Below, piece after piece: positions 49,135 to 60,923 of a DNA stretch of 64,000 nt; the stretch's first letter is position 1; every line of letters begins with the position of its first letter. The notes under the pieces are model-generated. The model was not told where the DNA came from, made no database searches, and saw only the letters and a program-made list of their open reading frames with translations. The stretch is from Heterodontus francisci (Eukaryota): positions 14,817,558-14,881,557 of the forward strand of contig NC_090399.1 in assembly GCF_036365525.1 (NCBI RefSeq), in the 5' to 3' direction. The position numbers were made by a program, and so were the translations under genes.

Positions 49135-52100
49135 GACGGGATTTTCGTTTGTCTCTTTCACCTTGTTCACCTTCATTGCTTTCTATTTCCCTCCTGGTGT
49201 TTGATAAGGTATCTACCAAAACTCGTTTTCACAGCCACATCTCCTTCCTCAGTGACTGTTTCTGGCTCCGACTGATTCCACGTGGATTCCAACTGCAGTT
49301 TCACCCATCATGCTTTGAAACCACCCAGGATCACAGGTATCTCCGAGAAATACAACGTTCCTCGGACTGCTACTCTCGCCGCATCCTGAGATCCACACTC
49401 AGTGCTATGCGCCGCCATATGCACACACTGGACCTCTCTCTCCAGCAGCACCGTCTCACCTTATCTCAAATCTGTTCTACTCCGCAGTTTCATCTCATCT
49501 TACGTCTCATCCGACGCATTAACAAAAAACTTTTTTTCTTCCTTTCAGGTGTTAAGGAACACAAGCTCCAGCAGCTGATGGGGACTAATGCCCCTCCAGA
49601 TCCTCCTTCCGCTTCACTTCCCTCTGACCCCACCCCTTCTGATCTGACCCCTTGCCGTGTATTCACTATACCCTCTGACCTCCCCCTCTCTGATGCTGAG
49701 CGTTCTGTACTCAGCAAAGGTCTCAGTTTTATCCCCTTACGCCCCCACCTCAATGAATTTCGCGCTCGGCATGACGTTGAGCTCTTCTTCCGTCGCCTCT
49801 GCCTCCGGGCTCACTTCTTCGACCAGGAGTCCTCCCCCCGACCAGCAGACCCATTCACCCGCCTCCAGCATTCTCCCTCTACCTGGACCCCTCCCCCTGG
49901 CCTCTTACCCGCTCTTGATCTCTTCATTGAAAACTGTCGGCGAGACATTGGTCGTCTCAATTTCTCTGCCCCCCTCACTCACTCTAACCTGTCCCCCTCT
50001 GAACTTGAGGCACTCCGTTCTCTCAGGTCTAACCCCGACATGGTCATCAAACCTGCAGACAAGGGTGGTGCTGTTGTTGCATGGCGTACCGACCTCTACC
50101 TTGCAGAAGCTCAACGCCAACTCACAGACACCTCTTCCTACCTCCCTCTGGACCATGACCCCACCACCGAACATCAAGCCACCGTCCAAAGGACTGTCAC
50201 TGACCTCATCTCCTCTGGAGATCTTCCCTCTACAGCTTCCAACCTCATAGTCCCGCAACCCCGGACAGCCCGCTTCTACCTCCTTCCCAAAATCCACAAA
50301 CGGGACTGACCCGGCAGACCCATTGTGTCAGCCTGCTCCTGCCCCACTGAACTTATTTCTTCCTATCTAGACTCTATCTTTTCTCCGCTGGTCCAGTCTC
50401 TTCCCACCTACATCCGTGACTCTTCTGACGCCCTACGTCATTTTGACAATTTCCAGTTTCCTGGTCCCAACCGCCTCCTCTTCACTATGGACGTCCAATC
50501 GCTCTACACCTCCATCCCCCACCAGGATGGTTTGAGGGCTCTCCGCTTCTTCCTGGAACAGAGGCCCAACCAGTCCCCATCCACCAACACCCTCCTCCGC
50601 CTGGCTGAACTTGTTCTCACATTGAACAACTTCTCCTTCAACTCCATGCATTTCCTTCAAGTAAAAGGTGTCGCTATGGGTACCCGCATGGGTCCTAGTT
50701 ATGCCTGTCTTTTTGTGGGATATGTCGAGCATTCTTTGTTCCAGTCCTACTCAGGCCCCCTCCCCCAACTCTTTTTCCGGTACATTGATGACTGTATCGG
50801 TGCCGTTTCCTGCTCCCGCCCCGAACTAGAAAACTTTATCAACTTTGCTTCCAATTTCCACCCTTCTCTCACCTTTACATGGTCCATCTCTGACACTTGC
50901 CTTCCCTTCCTCGACTTCTCTGTCTCCATCTCTGGGGATAGGTTGTCTACCAATATCCATTATAAGCCCACTGACTCCCACAGCTACCTCGACTACACTT
51001 CTTCACACCCTACCTCCTGTAAGGACTCCATTCCATTCTCCCAGTTTCTCCGTCTCCGACGCATCTGCTCTGATGATGCTACCTTCCATGACGGTGCTTC
51101 TGATATGACCTCCTTTTTCCTCAACCGAGGATTTCCCCCCACTGTGGTTGACAGGGCCCTCAACCGTGTCCGACCCATTCCCCGCACCTCTACCCTCACC
51201 CCTTCCCCTCCCTCCCAGAACCATGACAGGGTTCCCCTTGTCCTCACTTTTCATCCCACCAGCCTCCATATCCAAAGGATCATCCTCCGCCATTTTCGCC
51301 ACCTCCAGCGTGATGCCACTACCAGTCGCATCTTCCCCTCCCTTCCCCTGTCAGCATTCCGAAGGGATCGTTCCCTCCGCGACACCCTGGTCCACTCCTC
51401 CATTACCCCCACCACCTCGTCCCTGTCCCAGGGCACCTTCCCTTGCAATCGCAGGAGGTGTAATACCTGCCCATTTACCTCCTCTCTCCTCACTATCCCA
51501 GGCCCCAAACACTCCTTTCAGGTGAAGCAGCGATTTACTTGTACTTCTTTCAATGTAGTATACTGTATTCGCTGCTCACAGTGTGGTCTCCCCAAGCGCA
51601 GACTGGGTGACCGCTTTGCGGAACATCTCCGCTCAGTCCGCAAGCAGGACCCTGAGCTTCCGGTTGCTTGCCATTTCAACACTCCCCCCTGCTCTCATGC
51701 TCGCATCTCTGTCCTGGGATTGCTGCAGTGTTCCAGTGAACATCAACGCAAGCTCGAGGAACAGCATCTCATCTACCGATTAGGCACACTACAGCCTGCC
51801 GGACTGAACATTGAGTTCAATAATTTCAGAGCATGACAGCCCCCCACTTTACTTTCATTTTTAGTCATTTTTAGTTATTTTTTCTTCCTTTTTTTTTTAC
51901 ATTCCTTTTTACATTTTTTGCAATCTTTTTTTGCATTTATTTCATTTCATCTTAGTTTGTTCAGTTTGCTTACCCACTGTTTTTTTCAGGTTGTTTTTCT
52001 TCAGGTTTGCACTTGCTGCTGTTCAATATTCAGTGTATTAACAGCTAATCTGTACTAATGCTTTGCCTTTCAACACACCATTAACATATTGTTTGCCTTT

Positions 52101-52353
52101 GCTCCGTGACCTTTTGGTCAGCTATGTGGCCTGGTCCAATCTGCACCTTCTCCTTTGTTATCTCTTGCCCAACCCCCACCTCACTTGTTTATAATCTCTA
52201 ACTTTTCTAATATTTGTCAGTTCCGAAGAAGGGTCGCTGACCCGAAACGTTAACTCTGCTTCTCTTTCCACAGATGCTGCCAGACCTGCTGAGTGATTCC
52301 AGCATTTCTTGTTTTTGTTTCAGATTTCCAGCATCCGCAGTATTTTGCTTTTA
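49135..52353 (+). mobile_element. Penelope-like element (RT + GIY-YIG endonuclease)
   Basis: ORFs 49104-50309 and 50325-51836 are in one frame with one stop; KPADKGG, FYLLPKIHK, DVQSLYT, GVAMG, RYIDD, NVVYCIRC; 13-bp TSD AATTATTCATTCC at 49122-49134 and 52354-52366. Confidence 0.92.
52219..52255 (+). ncRNA. Hammerhead ribozyme motif (variant core) in the Penelope 3' repeat
   Basis: AGTT-CCGAAGA-A-GGGTC(gct)GACCC-GAAA-CGTT-AACT. Confidence 0.6.
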
Positions 52354-53085
52354 AATTATTCATTCCTGTCTGGCGTAAAAATAAAACCGTAAAGGTGGCT
52401 CAACCATGGCTTACAAAAGAAATTAGGGATAATATTAGATCCAAAGAGGAGGCATATAAAATTGACAGAAAAAGCAGCAAGTCTGAGGATTGGGAGCAGT
52501 TTAGAATTCAGCAAAGGAGGACAAAGAGGTTGATTAAGCGCGGGAAAATCGAGTATGAGAGTAAACTTGCAGGGAACATAAAAACTGACTGTAAAAGCTT
52601 CTACAAATATGTGAAGAGAAAAAGATTAGTGAAGACAAATGTAGGTCCCTTACAGTCAGAAACGGGGGAAATTATAATGGGGAAACAAAGAAATGGCAGA
52701 ACAATTAAACACATACTTTCGTTCTGTCTTCACAAAGGAGGACACAAATAATCTCCCAGAAATGTGAGGGAACCAAGGGTCTAATGAGAGGGAGGAACTG
52801 AAGGAAATCAGAATTAGTAAAAAAAAAATAGTGCTAGAGAAATTAATGGGGTTCAAGGCTGACAAATCCCCAGGACCTGATAATCTACATCCCAGAGTAC
52901 TAAAGGATGTGGCCCCGGAAATAGTGGATGCATTGGTGGTCATCTTCCAAAATTCTATAGACTCTGGAGCAGTTCCTACAGATTGGAAGGTGGCAAATGT
53001 AACCCCCACTATTTTAAAAAGGAGGGAGAGAGAAAACAGGGAATTACATGCCAGTTAGCCTTACATCAGTAGTGGGGGAAATGCT

Positions 53086-53982
53086 TCTTCTTCTTTGGCC
53101 TCCTTGTCTCGGGAGACAATGGGTAAGCACCTGGAGGTGGTCAGTGGTTTGTGGAGCAGTGCCTGGAGTGGCTAGAAAGGCCAATTCTAGAGTGACAGAC
53201 TCTTCCACAGGTGCTGCAGAAAAATTTGTTTGTCGGGCTGTTACACAGTTGGCTCTCCCCTTGCGCTTCTGTCTTCTTTCCTGCCAACAGCTAAGTCTCT
53301 TCGACTCGCCACACTTTAGCCCCGCCTTTATGGCTGCCCGCCAGCTCTGGCGAACGCTGGCAACTGACTCCCACGACTTGTGATCAATGTCACAGGACTT
53401 CATGTCGCGTTTGCAGACGTCTTTAAAGCAGAGACATGGACGGCCGGTGGGTCTGATACCAGTGGCGAGCTCGCTGTACAATGTGTCTTTGGGGATCCTG
53501 CCATCTTCCATGTGGCTCACATGGCCAAGCCATCTCAAGCGCCGTTGACTCAGTAGTGTGTATAAGTTGTGGATTTTGGCCGCCTCGAGGACTTCTGTGT
53601 TGGTGATACGGTCCTGCCACCTGATGCCAAGTATTCTCCGGAGGCAGCGAAGATGGAATGAATTGAGATGTCGCTCTTGGCTGACCTACGTTGTCCAGGC
53701 CTCGCTGCCATAGAGCAAGATACTGAGGACACAGGCTTGATCCACTCGGACTTTTGTGTTCCGTGTCAGTGCGCCATTTTCCCACACTTTCTTAGCCAGT
53801 CTGGACATAGCAGTGGAAGCCTTTCCCATGCGCTTGTTGATTTCTGCATCTAGAGACAGGTTACTGGTGATAGTTGAGTCTAGGTAGGTGAACTCTTGAA
53901 CCACTTCCAGAGCGTGGTCGCCGATATTGATGGATGGAGCATTTCTGACGTCCTGTCCCATGATGTTCATTTTCTTGAGGCT
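53086..53982 (-). mobile_element. RTE-clade LINE, 5'-truncated
   Basis: LEVVQEFTYL, LLYGSEAWT, RWLGHVSHMEDGRIPK; (GAA)n tail; TSD AAATGCT at 53079-53085 and 53986-53992. Confidence 0.88.
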
Positions 53983-56900
53983 GGAAAATGCTAGAGTGTA
54001 TTATAAAGGATGTGATAGCAGAACACCTGGAAAGTATAAACAGGGTTGGACAAAGTCAGCATGGATTTACGAAAGGAAAATCATGCTTAACAAATCTACC
54101 AGAGTTTTTTGAGGATGTAACTAGTAGAATAGATAAGGGAGAACCAGTGGATGTGGTGTATTTAGATTTTCAGAGGGCTTTTGATAAGGTCCCACATAAG
54201 AGGTTAGTGTGCAAAATAAAAGCACATGGGATTGGGAGTAATATACTGGCATAGATTGAAAATTGGTTGACAGACAGGAAACAGAGAGTAGGAGTAAATG
54301 GGTCTTTTTCCAGGTGGCAGGCAGTGACGAGCGGGGTACCGCAGGGATCAGTGCTTGGGCCCCAGCTATTCACAATATATATTGATGACTTGGGTGAGGG
54401 AACTAAATGTAACATTTTCAAGCTTGCAGATGACACAAAGCTGGGTGGGAATGTGAGCTGTGAGGAGGATGCAAAGAGGCTCCAATGTGATTTGGACAAG
54501 TTGGGTGAGTGGGCAAATGCATGGCAGATGCTGTATAATGTGGATAAATGCGAGGTTATCCACTTTGGTTGTAAAAACAGAAAGGCAGATTATTATCTGA
54601 ATGGTGATAGATTGGGAAAGGGGGAGGTGCAATGAGACCTGGGTGTCCTTGTACACCAGTCGCTGAAAGCAAGCATTCAGGTGCAGTAAGCAGTTAGGAA
54701 GGCGAAAGGTATGTTGGCCTTCATTGCAAGAGGATTTGAGTATAGGAGCAAGGATGTCTTACTGCAGTTATACAGGGCCTTGGTGAGACCACATCTGGAG
54801 TATTGTGTGCAGTTTTGGTCTCCTTATCTGAGGAAGGATGTTCATGCCATGGAGGGAGTGCAAAGAAGATTTACTAGGTTGATTCTTGGGATGGCAGGAT
54901 TGACGTACGAGGAGAGATTGGGTCGACTAAGGTCTATATTCACTAGAGTTTAGAAGAATGAGAGAGGATCTCATAGAAACCTATAAATTTCTAATAGGAC
55001 TAGACAGGCTAGATGCAGGGAGAATGTTCCCGATGGCTGGGGAGTCCAGAACCAGGGGTGACAGTCTGAGGATACCATACAATTTCCCACTCACCCAACT
55101 TGTCCATTTAGAACCGAAATGAGGAGAAATTTCTTCACTCAGAGGATGGTGAACCTGTGGAATTCTCTAGCGCAGAAGGCAGTGGAGGCCAAGTCATTAA
55201 ATATATTCAAGAAGGAGATAGATATATTTCTTAATGCCAAAGCGATCAAGGGATATGGGGAGAAAGCGGGAACAGGGTACTGAATTAGACGATCAGTCAT
55301 GATCTTTTTTGAATGGCGGAGCAGGCCTGAAGGGCCGAATGGCCGATTCCTGCTCCTATTTTCTATGTTTCTATGATTCTATCTGAGAAAGAGAAGAAAG
55401 TGGGGGCAGCTGCAACCAGCGACCCAACACCTACCCCGCCCCCGGAAACTCCTCCTCTACAGACAGAATCAATGGAGGAGGAGGCAGCAGATGGACAAAC
55501 TGGTCAGTGGCAAGTGGTACAAAGGAAAACCACAAAGAAGAAACCTCCAAACAAGGAACAGATCACCACCCAAACCAGTGGCAAAAGGAGCCTACCTTCT
55601 GAGACAGACTACGGCAGCTCCTCCTCATTGGACGAGGAAGAGCCGGAAAGACGGCACCTGCAAAAGAAGTGGCAGAACTCAAAGCAGCTGGAAGAGAAAG
55701 CTCCAAGCTCCGGGGCACTGGAAGCTGTGACAGGCCCAGTGTGCGCCAAACCCAGTGAGATGCCCAGTGCACTCCAGCTCCGGGAGACCGAGAGCAGCGA
55801 AGCGTCTGGTGCACTCCAGCTCCGGGGAGCTTGGAGCAGTGATATCTTCGAGGAGGGACAAAGGGGAAAGGCACCACCAGCAGAGGACAACCCAAGCCTT
55901 GCTGCCTACGAGATCGCACCCCCACCGATGTCACCCCAGCGGAATAAAACCCCCATGAGTAACAGGACGGGTTTCTGAGCCCAAAGAATGTGAAACAGTT
56001 TGTGTACATTACGGGTATGCAGGAACATACCCAAAGTCTGGGACTAGCAAGGACAACTGGTGTGGTAAGCAACACCCAACTTTAAAATGGGTTTAAAGAT
56101 TGCTTTGATTAACGTGTGTAACGTTAAATCCATTATGCGATGTGTTTCGATCTTGGACTACCTCACCAAGGTCCTGGCCGACCTGCTGTTTCTGCAGGAG
56201 TGTGGAATACCACACCTCAGCACCTACAGGCTATGGTCGCGATGGTGGTCCCACGGGCCATCGATCTGGTCAGGGGGTAATGATTCCCGTTCCTCCGGCT
56301 TGGATATTCTGCTGCGGGGAGGCAACTTCACCATCTCCGAAGTTAAGGAGGTGGTGGGTGGTCGCCTCCTCATAGCAAATGCAATGTACAACAACGCTGC
56401 GCTCAGGTTGATCAACCTGTAGGCCCCAGTTCAATGCAGCAAACAACTGAACGTGCTCCAGCAGCTCCCACTGCTGCTGGCAACATCCAGACCGGTCATT
56501 CTAGGTGGTGACTTCAACTGCATCATTAACGCAGCTGGACAATCCGGCAGTGACAACAGAAAACAGGACGCGATGTCCAGATTCCTAATGGAAGCAGTAA
56601 AAGATGCCAAGCTGCACGACTCCTTCAGCAAACCTGCAGACTGAGTGCAGCATAGATACACCTGGTTAAGACTGGATGGGTCTGCCTGTTCCAGGATTGA
56701 CTTCCTGTTTGTGTCCCGTGCTGTCACGGTCAGATCCACCGGTCAAGCTGGTGTTCTTCTCCGACCACTGCCTCTTACTGGCCAACTGTCACTTACAGGA
56801 TGACCAGCGGGTTAGCAGGGGGACATGGAAGCTGAATGTAACACTGCTAACCCCAGAGAATATTGAGGAACTCAAAAGGGATTACAAAGGTTGGAGAACC

Positions 56901-59684
56901 GTGAAACCCCTCTTTGAGTCTCTGGTGCACTGGTGGGAGGTGATCATGGAGAACATCAAGAGGTCCTTTATCCTCAAAGGTGTTCAGAGGGCGAGAGAGA
57001 GACAGAGAAAAGAATGCAAAATCTGCTCCGGCTGCAGTCGATGGGAGTCGAGGTCAAGGAGGATCTCCAAGAGGTGAAGAGCCAGCAGGCCTCGCTCTTT
57101 GCCACTTCCAAGATCATCTTCTGGTCCAGAGTCCGCTCCGTTGAGCAGGATGAGACGTGCTCGCATTACTTCTTCCAAAAGGTACAGAGAGAGACCTCTG
57201 TGATCAGCAGCCTGAAGGAAGAGGATGGCTCGGTAACGTCTTCACAGTCTGACATACTAAGGATTAGCAAATCATTTTATGCTGGGCTGTATGACGTGAA
57301 GCCCAGGGACAGCAGAACCTCCCAGTCCTTCCTGTCATCTATCACGGAGGTCTTAGATGACAGCATGAGGGAGAGTCTGGACAAACCGATAACTCTGGAC
57401 GAGCTGACTAAGGTTGCCAGGTTCTTCGAGATGAGCAAAACTCCCGGAAGTGACGGCTTACTGGTTGAGTTGTATTTGGGTCTGTGCGACTGGATCGGCC
57501 CAGACCTGCTGGAAGTATACAAGAGTATGTTTCTGGCCGGCAGCATCTCAGAATCCATGAGGAAAGGCATCATCACCCTCATCTACAAGCGGAAGGGGGA
57601 GAGGGTGGAAATCAGAAATTGGCGGCCCATCTCACTGCTTAATGTAGACTACAAGATTCTGTCCAAAGTTATCGCCAGTCGAGTCAAGTCTGCTCTGGAG
57701 TTGGTGATTCACCCTGACCAGACCTGCACTGTACCCTGCAAGACGATCTCTGATAGCCTCGCGCTACTCAGGGATACGATCGCCTAGGTACGGGACAGGA
57801 GGGTGGACACCTGCCTCATCAGCTTGGACCAGGAGAAAGCTTTTGACAGAATATCGCACACCTACATGATGGACGTGCTTTCCAAAATGGGGTTTGGGGA
57901 GGGAATCCGCAATTGGGTCAAACTGCTCTACACAAACATCAGTAGCGCAGTTTGAATCAATGGGTGGGAATCAGAAAGTTTCCCGATCAAATCTGGAGTC
58001 AGACAGGGCTGTCCTCTCTCCCCTGTCTTGTTTGTTTGCTGTATTGAACCTTTTGCTGAGTCCATTAGGAAGGATGTGGGTATAAGAGGGGTGACAATCC
58101 CAGGCAGTGGAGGCACTCAGGTCAAAGCCTCACTGTACATGGACGACGTTGCCTTTTTCTGCTCGGATCCGCCGTCCGTTCGCAGACTGATGAGCATCTG
58201 CGACCAGTTCAAACTGGCTTTGAGAGCCAAAGTTAACCACGGCAAGAGCGAGGCCATGTTTTTTGGGAACTGGGCTGACCGATCCTTTGTCCCCGTCACC
58301 GTCAGGTCAGACTACCTGAAGGTGCTGGGGATATCGTTCGGAAGGGTCGGGGCGTGTGCCAATACCTGGAAGGAGCAAGTAGCCAGGATACACCATAAAT
58401 GGAGTAGCGTTCTCTCTCCATTGTGGGAAAGAACCTGGTCATCAGGTGCGAGGCGCTCACGTTGTTGCTGTATGTGGCGCAGGTCTGGCCCATACTCAAC
58501 TCCTGCGACATGCCGTTAACCCGAGCCATTTTCCATTTTATCTGGAGATCCAAAATGGACCGTGTCCGGAGGGACATGATGTTCAAACCTTTGGATAAGG
58601 GCGGAAAAAATGTACCCAACATCGCCCTCATCCTGATGACCACCTTTGTGTGCGGCTGTGTCAAGCTGTGCGTAGAACTCCAGTACGCAAACACCAAGTG
58701 TCACTACGTGCTGTCTGTCCCCGGTGCTGTGAAGGATGGGTCTGGTCACATTGCCGCGGAACACTCCATCCAGTTGGACCATGCCGTACCACCTATCCTT
58801 CGTGGAAAAGTTTGTGCAGAAAAACACCTTTGACCACCAATCCATCAGGCAGTGGTCTGCATGGAATGTCCTCAAGGCCCTAAGGGAAAAGGAGATGGTG
58901 GATCCGGTCGGATGGTTCCCCGAGCAGACTGCCAAAGTCATTTGGCAAAATGCCTCATCACCAGAACTTTCAAATAAGCACCAAGACGTAGCTTGGCTGG
59001 TGGTGAGAAGGGTCCTCCCCGTCAGATCCTTCTTGCACGCCCGGAATCTCACTGCCTCCGCACAATGCCCTCAAAGTGTTTGTGGTGGGGAAGAGACTGT
59101 TGCCCACCTCTTTCTGGAATGTGTCTTTCCAAAACATGTGTGGAAAGAGATGCAGTGGTTTTTGTCGAGGTTCATCCCAAGCAGCTCTGTAACACAGGAG
59201 TCTGTGCTCTACGGGCTGTTCCCAGGGACACACATCTAGATAAACATTAACTGCTGCTGGAGGACTATCAATTCAGTGAAAGACGCTCTTTGTTCTGCCC
59301 GGAACTTGCTGGTCTTCCAGCGCAAAGAGGTGTCCACGACCGAGTGTTGCAGACTGGCACATTCCAAGGTCCAGGAATGCACTAAAGCTTGGAGGCAGCC
59401 GCCGAAAAGGCTCAATGGGGAAAGACCACTGTATAAGGTCCTCCCGCCATAGTGAACTGAGGGGCTGGAACCCGTATAAAACCTCTCAGGCTGTATACGC
59501 CAAATATGGGTTTGCTGTAAAATATACATGGCATGTAAAATGGAATGGAAGGGTTGTGAGGCAACTCACTCCTGTGTTGAAGAAAATTGATTTACTTTGC
59601 ACTTTCTAGTTTGTCAACTTGGTGCTGTTTTAAAATTTTTTTTTTACTGATTTTAATGAATAAAGTATATTTTTGGGGAAAAAT

Positions 59685-60923
59685 AGGTCCATACCCCACT
59701 CCTGCGCCGTGGCAGTCACCCGAGCCATTTTCCGCTTCGTCTGGGGATGTAAAATGGACCGGGTCCGGAGGGACACGATGTTCAAATCTCTGGACATGGG
59801 CGGGAAAAATGTACCCAACGTGGCCCTCATCCTGATGACCACCTTCGTGTGCGGCTGCATCAAGCTATGTGTAGATCCCCAGTACGCAAACTCCAAGTGT
59901 CACTACGTGCTGAGGTTCTATCTGTCCCCGGTGTTGCGAAGGATGGGCCTGGTCACATTGCCGCGGAACGCACCATGCAGTTGGGCGGCACCGTACCACC
60001 TATCCTTCGTGGAGCAGTTTCTGCGGAAAAACACCTTTGACCACCGGTCCATCAGGCAGTGGTCTGCACGGAATGTCCTCAAGGCCCTACGGGAAAAGGA
60101 AACGGTGGATCCTGTCGGATGGTTCCCCGAGCAGACCGTCAAAGTCATTTGGCGGAATGCCTCATCACCAGAACTTTCAAACAAGCACCAAGACGTAGCT
60201 TGGCTGGTGGTGAGAAGGGCCCTCCCCGTCAGATCCTTCATGCACACCCGAAGTCTCGCCCCCTCCGCACAGTGCCCCCGCGTTGGCTGTGGTGGGGAAG
60301 AGACGGTCACCCACCTCCTCCTGGAATGTGCCTTTGCAAAGCAGGTGTGGAAAGAGATGCAGTGGTTTTTGTCAAGGTTCATCCCAAGCAGCTCTGTAAC
60401 ACAGGAGTCTGTGCTCTACGGGCTGTTCCCAGGGACGCACACCGAGACAAACATCAACTGCTGCTGGAGGACTATCAATTCGGTGAAAGACGCCCTTTGG
60501 TCTGCCCGAAACTTGCTGGTCTTCCAGCGCAAAGAGTTGTCCACCACCGAATGTTGCAGACTGGCACATTCCAAGGTCCAGGACTACGTGCTGAGGGATG
60601 CACTAAAGCTTGGGGCAGCTGCAGCAAAGGCTCAATGGGGAAAGACCACAGTGTAAGGTTCCCCCACCAAGCTAGACTGAGGGGCTGGATCAATGGGAAA
60701 CCCCTCGAACTGTATCGTTAATATTCTCAGTTGCTGTAAATGTAAAACTGTAATTGACATGACAATTGTGTAACGGAAGGGTTGGGAAGAAACTCGTGAC
60801 AGTATTGAAGGAAACTGATCTCCCTTGCAATGTTTGTATTTTTTGGTGCTGTTTGGAAACTGTTTGGCAATGTAATTTTTACAGATTTTTATGAATAAAG
60901 TATATTTTGGAAATAAAAAAAAA
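59685..60923 (+). mobile_element. Second Tx1-clade LINE, 5'-truncated, with intact ORF2 C-terminus
   Basis: Open 327-aa frame homologous to 58490-59435; distinct 3' UTR; AATAAA + poly(A). Confidence 0.9.

Larger units (their letters stand above)
47147..55383 (+). mobile_element. Full-length CR1 LINE (ORF1 esterase, ORF2 EN-RT), degenerate, containing two insertions
   Basis: IVIGDSIV, ITETW, SPGPD, YLDFQRAFDKV, KLADD and a (TTCTATG)n-like tail; Tx1 ORF1 resumes right after it. Confidence 0.88.
46266..59684 (+). mobile_element. Tx1/L1-clade LINE, near full length, degenerate, split by a CR1 insertion
   Basis: ORF1 46352-47146 + 55384-56085 with CCHC knuckles (CRTCGKSGHVAANC, CNLCGGTGHFCKTC); ORF2 56087-59435 with LQE, GGDFN, FSDH, WRPISLLNVDYKIL, YMDD and C-terminal EETVAHLFLEC; AATAAA near the end. 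Confidence 0.88.
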
